64,000 nucleotides of DNA, taken from Candidatus Nitrospinota bacterium M3_3B_026 (GTDB lineage: Bacteria > Nitrospinota_A > UBA7883 > JBPRGF01). The notes under the pieces are model-generated. The model was not told where the DNA came from and searched no databases. It saw only the letters and a program-made list of their open reading frames with translations. Positions 56,876 to 64,000 of this stretch are shown one piece after another. The position numbers and the translations under genes were made by a program. Position 1 is the first letter of the stretch, and each line of letters opens with the position of its first letter. The stretch is taken from positions 256,001 through 320,000 of the forward strand of contig JBPRGF010000033.1 of assembly GCA_051418015.1 (NCBI GenBank), read 5' to 3'.

Positions 56876-57442
56876 CTATAGTTTTATCTCCCCGATCATG
56901 GGGTGGTGCGTCACGGCCACCTCCACGTAGAGGTCGTTTCTATCGGGCGTGGTGAAGGGGACGTGCACGATGAGAGCCCCGGAGCCGTAGAGGGTCCAGC
57001 GGATGTTTTCCCCCACGATCACGCTGGGGATGCCGTTCGTCGCCTTCCAGCCCGTGAGTTCGTTGATCTTGAGCCGCGCCGCGCCTCCGACCTGGTTGGT
57101 GATTTCTCCGATGGCGCCTTCCACGTCCGGGTCGCGGTGGTTTTTGTACGGCGGATCGGCGAAAAGCATGTTGGTTGTGATCTCCAGTATGGCGGCCTTG
57201 GAGAAGGTGATGATGAACTGTCCGCCGTAGTCCCCCTCGAAGGAGATCGCGCCCGCCGCGTCGCCGTCGATGACGGCGTGTTTGGTGATGGTGGCGGCCT
57301 TGGTGCGGCTTGTCACCCTTGTCTGGCCGGTCGATGACATGACGTTCTCGGCGGCGGCGATGAAATTCTTGACGATCTTGGCCACCACTGGCCGCTGTAT
57401 GTTCTGCGCCCCCCCCGCTTTGGCCTGTGATTTAGAGGACAT
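56876..57442 (-). CDS. cheX: CheX-family chemotaxis phosphatase
   Basis: F..AAENV, GAISFEG, AIGEITNQVGG (ExxN), IPSVIVG, VPF. Confidence 0.85.
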   Translation of the reverse strand: MSSKSQAKAGGAQNIQRPVVAKIVKNFIAAAENVMSSTGQTRVTSRTKAATITKHAVIDGDAAGAISFEGDYGGQFIITFSKAAILEITTNMLFADPPYKNHRDPDVEGAIGEITNQVGGAARLKINELTGWKATNGIPSVIVGENIRWTLYGSGALIVHVPFTTPDRNDLYVEVAVTHHPMIGEIKL

Positions 57443-57460
57443 TGCTGGTTGAATCCGGGC

Positions 57461-57823
57461 CTAATCCTTTTTTTCGATTATTATCCTGTCGCCTTCGCGT
57501 ATTCTCTCCCGCTTTTCCTTCTGGAAGGCCTCAACCTCCTCCATCAGCCTGGACGCCTCCTCCTCGGAAGTGGTGAAGGCGCGATACGTGACGCCCGACC
57601 CCGGCTCGCCTTTCGCCAGGATCTGGTACACCTTGCCCACCGGATCCCCCTCATCGCACTTGACGCTCTGTATCTTCACGATGCTGTCCGCGTCGACGGA
57701 TGCCAGGCCGGTCTCGCCGCCGCAGGAGAGTGTTTTGAACGTGACCTTGACATGGCTTGGCCCTCCGGCGAAAGAAAAAGAGGCCCAAAGCAGGGCTATC
57801 GGAAAAAAACGGAGCACTTTCAA
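57461..57823 (-). CDS. Secreted hypothetical protein with two Cys
   Basis: Signal peptide ending SFA; TTG start. Confidence 0.65.
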   Translation of the reverse strand: MKVLRFFPIALLWASFSFAGGPSHVKVTFKTLSCGGETGLASVDADSIVKIQSVKCDEGDPVGKVYQILAKGEPGSGVTYRAFTTSEEEASRLMEEVEAFQKEKRERIREGDRIIIEKKD

Positions 57824-57952
57824 GGTTTTCCCACCCTAACCACACGCTTATACCTGGATTTATACAGTCTAACACCGTAATTTACGCCCGTACAGCCTTT
57901 TTCCCTTCTCGCCGGCTGGCCCCCGCGCCGTTCGGATTTTTTTTCGCCGCAT

Positions 57953-57980
57953 GGAACTTTCTCCATTTCCCCGGTGTTTA
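57953..57980 (+). promoter_or_regulatory. ECF-sigma-type promoter, copy 1
   Basis: GGAACTT-N16-GTTTA; same motif at 59869. Confidence 0.7.
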
Positions 57981-58109
57981 TGTTGTAAGGGATCGAGGCG
58001 CCAGGGGCGGAAATTTTCATCGCGTCGATTCCCGTCCAGGCAGCGTCTTGCCGCTTTTTGAGGGGGAAGGCGTTTTTTTGTGTGGAGACATCAACAGAGG
58101 AGCCAAGTT

Positions 58110-59399
58110 ATGAAAAAGACGGGAGTTTTAGCGGGATTGCTGTTTTTCATAGGGGTTTCCCTGGCCATGGCGCCGCCCGAGGCGTCCGCCGTGCCCGCCT
58201 TCGCGAGGATCTACCAGACCGAATGCACGTTATGCCACGTGGCCTATCCCAAGCTGAACGAGTTCGGGATAAAGTTCCGGGCCAACGGCTACCGGCTGGA
58301 AGGGGAAGAGGGCAAATATCTTTGGGATCAGCCCGTGAGCCTGGGATTCGTGGGCGAGTTCGCCTATACCAACGTTGACCAGGAGGTCGCCGCCGCCGAG
58401 GAGGCGGGCCACGACGAGGCCGGGACCGAGGAGGCCGACCACGACGAGGCGATGCCCGGTATGCTTACAGCCGCCCAGGAGGATGGAGACCACGATGAGG
58501 CGGAGTCCTCGTCCTCCAGCAAGGAGAAACACAAGTCGGCTAAGTTCGATTTCGAGAACCTGCTCATATATTCCGCCGGGACGCTCGCGCCCCGCGCCTC
58601 CTACTTCGCCCACCTGATGGCCACGGGGGAGGCGACGACTCTTTCGCTCGCTCACGTGTCGTTTCTGGACATCCTGCCGAAGGCGGCGCTGAACGTCAGG
58701 GCGGGGAAGATGGCTGTTGACCTGCCCTATCTCTCCAGCTCCCGCAAGATGACGAAGACAGACTACCTGACGCAGATCTCGCAGGCCGCGGGCCACGGCC
58801 ACGGCGGCGCGGCGGCCACGACCGGGGCCACCCTGGTCAACGAGGGAGTCGAACTCAACGGCATATTCGGCCTGGGCGAGGAGGCGGAGCTTGAGTACGC
58901 CCTCGGCGTGGGCAACGACAACGTGGAGTCCTCCGACAACAACGTCGGAGCTTATCACGGGTTCGTCACCCTGAACTGGAGCGGCCAAAGCCTCGGCTTC
59001 ATCTACAAGCACGACAGGCTCGGAGAGACCGACGACGACAAGGAGGACGCCGACGGCTACGGCGTGGCGGCGGACATGAATTTCGCCGACCTTTACCTGA
59101 CCGCCGCCTACTTCTGGTTCAAGAAGACGGTCACCGGAGCCTCGGACGTGAAGATCAACAGCGGCCTGGTGGAGGCGGGCTATCCGGTATTGCCGGAGCT
59201 CTACCTCGTGGGGCGCTATGACTTCAACGACACGCAGGACTCGGACGAGAAGATATCGCAGATAGTGGGGAGCCTGATCTGGTATGCCAGGCCCAACCTC
59301 AAGCTGCAGGCCGAGTACGCAAGCCGTGTCGACACGGACCACGCTGGCGAAGACTACACCACCAACACCATATACGGGGTTGTGGCGTTCGCCTTCTGA
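58110..59399 (+). CDS. Cyc2-like fused monoheme cytochrome c / outer-membrane beta barrel with His-acidic loops
   Basis: Signal peptide; VPAFARIY..CTLCH..YPKLNEFGIKFRANGY; amphipathic beta strands; terminal Phe. Confidence 0.85.
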   Translation: MKKTGVLAGLLFFIGVSLAMAPPEASAVPAFARIYQTECTLCHVAYPKLNEFGIKFRANGYRLEGEEGKYLWDQPVSLGFVGEFAYTNVDQEVAAAEEAGHDEAGTEEADHDEAMPGMLTAAQEDGDHDEAESSSSSKEKHKSAKFDFENLLIYSAGTLAPRASYFAHLMATGEATTLSLAHVSFLDILPKAALNVRAGKMAVDLPYLSSSRKMTKTDYLTQISQAAGHGHGGAAATTGATLVNEGVELNGIFGLGEEAELEYALGVGNDNVESSDNNVGAYHGFVTLNWSGQSLGFIYKHDRLGETDDDKEDADGYGVAADMNFADLYLTAAYFWFKKTVTGASDVKINSGLVEAGYPVLPELYLVGRYDFNDTQDSDEKISQIVGSLIWYARPNLKLQAEYASRVDTDHAGEDYTTNTIYGVVAFAF

Positions 59400-59417
59400 A
59401 AAAGGGATGACATGGAG

Positions 59418-59459
59418 AGGCCGCCCGGCGCGGATGTCCGGCCGGGCGGTCTTTCGTTT
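59418..59459 (+). terminator. Hairpin (weak terminator or mRNA stabiliser) after the porin gene
   Basis: ggccgcccggc..gccgggcggtc followed by tttcgttt. Confidence 0.5.
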
Positions 59460-59474
59460 AAGGAGCGTGAAAGG

Positions 59475-59801
59475 ATGAAGTACGGCAAGATCACCGCCAT
59501 CATAAGAAAAGAGACGCTTGAGAACGTGGAGAAAAGGCTCCGGGAGATGGGCGCGCCGGGCGTCAGCGTCACGAAGGTGAAAGGATACGGCGAATACGCC
59601 GACCTTTTCAGGAGCGACTGGCTGACCACCCACGCCAGGCTGGAGATTTTCACCACCTCGGAGAAGGCCGGACCGCTGGCGGAGGCGATCATGGACGCCG
59701 CCTGCGTGGGAACTTGCGGTGACGGGATAGTGGCGATCCTCCCCGTCGAAAGACTGTTCAGGGTCCGCGACCGGCGCGAGGTCCCGCCTGACGAGCTTTA
59801 G
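59475..59801 (+). CDS. P-II family protein of the metal-efflux-associated type
   Basis: ITAIIR, GVSVTKVKGYG, short T-loop, GDGIVAILPV. Confidence 0.88.
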   Translation: MKYGKITAIIRKETLENVEKRLREMGAPGVSVTKVKGYGEYADLFRSDWLTTHARLEIFTTSEKAGPLAEAIMDAACVGTCGDGIVAILPVERLFRVRDRREVPPDEL

Positions 59802-59868
59802 CCATGATCCCCTCCCCGGCGTAACAAGCCCGAGTTCCCCACAAAACCACCTTGAAAACGGCGGCGAT

Positions 59869-59896
59869 GGAACTTTTTTCCCGCCAATCGTGTTTA
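59869..59896 (+). promoter_or_regulatory. ECF-sigma-type promoter, copy 2
   Basis: GGAACTT-N16-GTTTA upstream of the TolC gene. Confidence 0.7.
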
Positions 59897-59906
59897 AATT
59901 ACAGAG

Positions 59907-61208
59907 ATGAAAGACAGAAAAAGAACGCTGTCGAAAGATGGCATGAAATACATGACGCCGCTGGCCGCGGCTTTTCTTTTAGCCGTCCAGTCTTTCGCCG
60001 GGACGGCTCCCTCGTGGGAGGCGCTGACGGAGGAGCTCATGGAGAACCATCCCGGTCTCGAGGCGAAGCGTCTGCTCGTTGAGTCCCTTGAAGAGATTCC
60101 CGAGGCGCGGATGGCGTGGGACGATCCGATGATCAGCGCGGGCCTGTCCAACGTCCCCGTGGACAGCTTCGACTTTTCCCGTGAGCCGATGACCCAGAAG
60201 ACGGTGGGGGTGTCGCAGAGGATACCGAGCCTCTCGAAAAGACTGGCCGAGAAGGGGCTCGCCGAGGAGAACGTCCGGGTGGAAAAGGCGCGGACGCGGC
60301 TTCTGGCCGCCTCGCTCGTGGAGATGATGAAAAACGCCGTCTACGAGATCGCCTACGCGGACAGGGCGCTGCGCATCCTCGCGAGGAACGAGAGGGTCCT
60401 CGACGAGTTCATCACCATATCCAACGCCAAGTACGCCACCGGCAAGGGAGTGCAGGCCGACGTCATCCAGGCCCAGGTGGAGAAAAGCAAGATATTCGAC
60501 AGGAGGCTCGATCTCGAGGAGAGGCGGAAGCTGGCGGTGATACGGCTCAACAGGACTCTGGGAAGGGACGTCGAGGCTCCTTTCGAGATCGGCGGCCTTC
60601 CCCTGGATCAAGAGGTCGCCGGGGATTTCGCGGGGCTTTGGGAGAAGGCGGAGCGTAAATCGCCGGAAATGACGCTGGCCAGGGCGTTTCTTGAGCTTTC
60701 GGAAAGCGGGCTTGAGAAGGCCGAGGCGTCCGTGGGGATGGACGTTGTCCTGTCCATGAGGTACGGCCAGAGGGACGATGCGCCCTCGGAGCGGGCGGAT
60801 TTTCTCTCCGCGGGGGCCGCCGTCTCCATCCCGCTTTGGCGGGAAAGGAAACAGGACAGGCTTATCGCCAGCGCCCGGCTGAAGGTGTCGGAGGCGGCGG
60901 TGGAGGTGGAGAACGCCGCGCAGGAGACGAGGGCCGCCCTTGGCCAGGCGCTGGCCAGCTACCAAAAGGATGTGGAGACAATACGCCTCTACGAGAATGG
61001 AATCATCCCCCAGGCCAGGCAGGCCCTCCTGGCCTCCCAGGCGGCTTACCAACTGGACAAGGCGGACTTTTTGTCCATGCTTACCAACGAGCTTACTCTT
61101 CTGCGATACGAACTGGACCTCGAGATGGCCCTTTTGAGAAAGAGAAAACTCTCCGCCAGGATCGGGCGCCTGGCGGGCACGGGTGTTTATCTGAAGGAAC
61201 GACAATGA
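59907..61208 (+). CDS. TolC-family outer-membrane efflux factor (CusC-like)
   Basis: WDDPM, VSQRIP, KYATGK..Q.DV, VSIPLW; true start may be at 59943. Confidence 0.88.
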   Translation: MKDRKRTLSKDGMKYMTPLAAAFLLAVQSFAGTAPSWEALTEELMENHPGLEAKRLLVESLEEIPEARMAWDDPMISAGLSNVPVDSFDFSREPMTQKTVGVSQRIPSLSKRLAEKGLAEENVRVEKARTRLLAASLVEMMKNAVYEIAYADRALRILARNERVLDEFITISNAKYATGKGVQADVIQAQVEKSKIFDRRLDLEERRKLAVIRLNRTLGRDVEAPFEIGGLPLDQEVAGDFAGLWEKAERKSPEMTLARAFLELSESGLEKAEASVGMDVVLSMRYGQRDDAPSERADFLSAGAAVSIPLWRERKQDRLIASARLKVSEAAVEVENAAQETRAALGQALASYQKDVETIRLYENGIIPQARQALLASQAAYQLDKADFLSMLTNELTLLRYELDLEMALLRKRKLSARIGRLAGTGVYLKERQ

Positions 61209-62677
61209 CGGAACTGGAAAAAGAGGCGGAGAGGCAGCGGCCCGGCTGGGTCTACGCTTTAAAATTCGCCTGGACGCTGATACTGGCTCTCCTTGTGGTT
61301 TATGGCTATTTCAACAGGGAGGCTGTCCTGGAGTGGTTTAAAGACCCCGCGTTCAGCCTGCCGGGAAGAGAGAAAGTGGAGAAGGCCGCCCCAGCGCCGG
61401 CGGCGGAAAAGGGGCGGAAGATAAAGTACTGGCGGGCTCCGATGGACCCGAGCTACATAAGCGACGAGCCCGGCAAGTCTCCCATGGGGATGGATCTCAT
61501 CCCTGTATACGAGGACGAAGGGGAGGACGCGGACGTCATAAGGATAAACCCCGCCGTCGTCCAGAACATCGGCGTCAGGACGGCTTCGGCGCGGCGGATG
61601 GACATGGTGAAGACCATCCGCGCCATAGGCGTTATCGCCTATGACGAGACGAAGCTCAATCAGGTTCACAGCAAGGTCCCCGGCTGGGTCGAAAAACTTT
61701 ACGTGGACGCTACCGGCATGGAGCTGAAAAAGGACGAATATCTTTTGGAAATATACAGCCCCGACCTCGTCGCCACGCAGGAGGAGTACCTGCTGGCGTT
61801 GAACTACAGGGACTCCCTGCGCGAAGGCGGGCACGAGGCCGCCGCCGGAAGCGGCGAGAGGCTGCTGGAGTCCGCGAGGCGCAGGCTGGAGCTTTTCGAC
61901 GTACCGCAGCACCAGATCATGGAGCTTGAAGAGAGCCGGGAGGTAAAAAAGACCCTGCACATCCACTCCCCGGCGGACGGGGTGGTCGTCAGCAAGAAGG
62001 TGATAGAAGGCATGTACGTAAAGCCCGGCGACACGCTCTATGAGCTTGCCGATCTCTCCACGGTCTGGGTCTACGTGGACGTTTACGAGTACGAGATTCC
62101 CTACGTGAAGGAGGGCCAGAGCGCTGAGATGACCCTGACAGCCTTCCCCGGCCGGGTGTTCAAGGGCAAGATCACCTATATATATCCATTCCTGGACAAG
62201 CGCACCCGTTCCATCAAGGCGCGGCTCGAATTCAGGAACCCCGGGACCCATCTCAAGCCGGACATGTACGGTGACGTGACGATCCACGCCGAGGGGAGGA
62301 AAAACGCCGTGGCCGTCCCCAGCGAGGCGGTGATAAGGACGGGGGAGCGGACGCTTGTCTTCATCGACAGGGGCGAAGGGATGTTCGAGCCGAGGGAAGT
62401 GAACATGGGGATGGAGAGCGAGGGGATGGTGGCGATCCTGGACGGCGTCAAGCCTGGCGAGATGGTCGTCACGTCAGCCCAGTTCCTGCTCGACTCGGAA
62501 TCGCGCCTCCGGGAGGCCACGAGGAAGATGATTCCGGCAGGGGAGGAAATGAAGACCCCGGAGGAGGCCATGCCCATGGATCACGGCGCGATGGAGAGTG
62601 GGAAGATGAGTCAACCCGGGATGGATCACGGCTCCATGAACCATGAAGGCATGGACCGTTCGAAGATGAATCACTGA
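61205..62677 (+). CDS. cusB: CusB-like periplasmic adaptor with heavy-metal-binding domain and Met/His tail
   Basis: YWRAPMDP..PGKSPMGMDL, GWVEKL, IYSPDL, LKPDMY, QFLLDSES; ATG overlaps the TolC stop. Confidence 0.9.
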   Translation: MTELEKEAERQRPGWVYALKFAWTLILALLVVYGYFNREAVLEWFKDPAFSLPGREKVEKAAPAPAAEKGRKIKYWRAPMDPSYISDEPGKSPMGMDLIPVYEDEGEDADVIRINPAVVQNIGVRTASARRMDMVKTIRAIGVIAYDETKLNQVHSKVPGWVEKLYVDATGMELKKDEYLLEIYSPDLVATQEEYLLALNYRDSLREGGHEAAAGSGERLLESARRRLELFDVPQHQIMELEESREVKKTLHIHSPADGVVVSKKVIEGMYVKPGDTLYELADLSTVWVYVDVYEYEIPYVKEGQSAEMTLTAFPGRVFKGKITYIYPFLDKRTRSIKARLEFRNPGTHLKPDMYGDVTIHAEGRKNAVAVPSEAVIRTGERTLVFIDRGEGMFEPREVNMGMESEGMVAILDGVKPGEMVVTSAQFLLDSESRLREATRKMIPAGEEMKTPEEAMPMDHGAMESGKMSQPGMDHGSMNHEGMDRSKMNH

Positions 62678-62701
62678 GCGAAAGCGCCCCTCGGATACGC
62701 C

Positions 62702-64000
62702 ATGCTGAAAGCGATAATAGAAGCCTCCGCCCGCAACAGGGTTCTCGTCCTGCTCGCGGCTGCCTTTCTCACCTTGGGAGGGATCTACGCGGCCAGGAGC
62801 ATCCCCCTGGACGCTATCCCGGACCTCTCTGACGTCCAGGTGATAGTCTTCACGGAGTTTCCCGGCCAGGCGCCGCAGGTGGTGGAGGATCAGGTGACCT
62901 ATCCCCTCACCACGGCCATGCTCTCCGTCCCCGGCGCGAAAACGGTGAGGGGGTACTCCTTTTTCGGTCTGAGCTTCGTATACATAATCTTCGAAGACGG
63001 CACGGATCTATATTGGGCAAGAAGCCGCGTCCTGGAATACCTGAATTACGCCGCAAAACGCCTGCCGCCGGGCGTCACCCCCTCCCTCGGCCCCGACGCG
63101 ACGGGCGTGGGATGGGTGTACGAGTACGCCTTGGTGGACAGGACGGGCGCCCATGACCTGGCCGAGCTGCGGAGCATACAGGACTGGTTCCTGCGCTACG
63201 AGCTGCAGACCACGCCCGGCGTGGCGGAGGTGGCCTCCGTGGGCGGGTTCGTCAAGCAGTACCAGGTGGAGGTGGACCCCAACAAGCTGCTGGCCTTCAA
63301 CATCCCCCTGAGCCACGTCATCATGGCCATGCGCTCAAGCAACAACGACGTCGGGGGGCGTCTGATCGAGATGGCGGAAACGGAGTACATGGTCCGCGGC
63401 TTCGGCTACATCGAATCGCTGGAGGACATAAGGAACATAGCCCTAGGCGTGGACGAAAACGGCACGCCCGTCACCATCCGGGACGTCGCCAACGTTACCC
63501 TCGGCCCGGAGCTTCGGCGGGGCCTGGCGGAGCTGGACGGCGAGGGGGAGGTGGTTGGAGGCATCGTGGTGATGCGCTATGGCGAAAACGCCCTCAAGAC
63601 CATCGAGCTTGTGAAAAAGAAGTTGGAGGCCCTCTCAAAAAGCCTTCCCGAAGGCGTGGAGATAGTTGAGACCTACGACCGGTCGAGCCTCATTCACAGG
63701 GCCATCGATTTCCTGAAGGAGAAGCTTATCGAGGAGAGCGTTATCGTGGCGCTTGTGTGCATAGTGTTCCTGATGCATCTGCGCTCGGCCCTCGTGGCCA
63801 TCGTGACGCTGCCTATCGGGATACTCGCCTCCATGATCGTGATGAGCTGGCTAGGGATAAACGCGAACATCATGTCCCTCGGCGGCATCGCCATCGCCAT
63901 AGGCGCCATGATCGACGCGGCGGTGGTGATGATAGAAAACGCCCACAAGCATCTCGAGCGCGATGCGGGCAAAAAATCCCATGGCGCCATGATCCTGGAC
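62702..64000 (+). CDS. cusA: CusA/CzcA heavy-metal RND permease, 5' part (runs off the window end)
   Basis: Not in the ORF track. Manual translation [13 protein letters not shown]...[30 protein letters not shown]...[13 protein letters not shown]. Confidence 0.95.
   Translation, partial: MLKAIIEASARNRVLVLLAAAFLTLGGIYAARSIPLDAIPDLSDVQVIVFTEFPGQAPQVVEDQVTYPLTTAMLSVPGAKTVRGYSFFGLSFVYIIFEDGTDLYWARSRVLEYLNYAAKRLPPGVTPSLGPDATGVGWVYEYALVDRTGAHDLAELRSIQDWFLRYELQTTPGVAEVASVGGFVKQYQVEVDPNKLLAFNIPLSHVIMAMRSSNNDVGGRLIEMAETEYMVRGFGYIESLEDIRNIALGVDENGTPVTIRDVANVTLGPELRRGLAELDGEGEVVGGIVVMRYGENALKTIELVKKKLEALSKSLPEGVEIVETYDRSSLIHRAIDFLKEKLIEESVIVALVCIVFLMHLRSALVAIVTLPIGILASMIVMSWLGINANIMSLGGIAIAIGAMIDAAVVMIENAHKHLERDAGKKSHGAMILD

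Noticed and set aside
58110..59399. Definitive iron-oxidation capability
   Set aside because: The Cyc2-like motif alone does not establish substrate; the context is metal efflux and no cyc1 or oxidase genes are adjacent

Overview
GC-rich bacterial chromosomal window with about 58 CDS. I found no rRNA, tRNA, CRISPR array or intact mobile element. The gene content (pheA/tyrA, sigma54 activators, MglA, AddAB-type helicase-nuclease, Aquifex-type aconitase with mdh, hflKC, comEC, cusCBA) fits a Gram-negative deep-branching lineage. Nitrospinota or deltaproteobacteria-like is an inference only. Most genes are housekeeping. Four modules stand out. (1) A CheA with permuted domain order (P3-P4-P5-linker-P1/Hpt-P2) lies in a receptor-less cheY-cheA-REC/REC operon near cheX. 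(2) A Cyc2-like monoheme cytochrome-porin with His/acidic loops precedes a P-II-like gene and a cusCBA-type efflux operon. The same ECF-type promoter motif (atGGAACTT-N16-GTTTA) occurs upstream of both the porin and the efflux genes, and the porin has a structured leader with a terminator-like hairpin. (3) An MglA GTPase without MglB is coupled to a REC-acidic-TPR protein inside a FleQ/TPR/FleR-like sigma54 cluster. (4) An orphan formyltransferase (Ftr/FhcD) lies divergent from a FolB-FolK fusion. Smaller items are a 59-aa sigma28-driven YjfB-like gene missed by the ORF track, an ODP-type di-iron protein with a small partner, a cluster of unknown lipoproteins and dispersed TGTCA..TGACA palindromic repeats. 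All family calls come from reading motifs; no database search was run.
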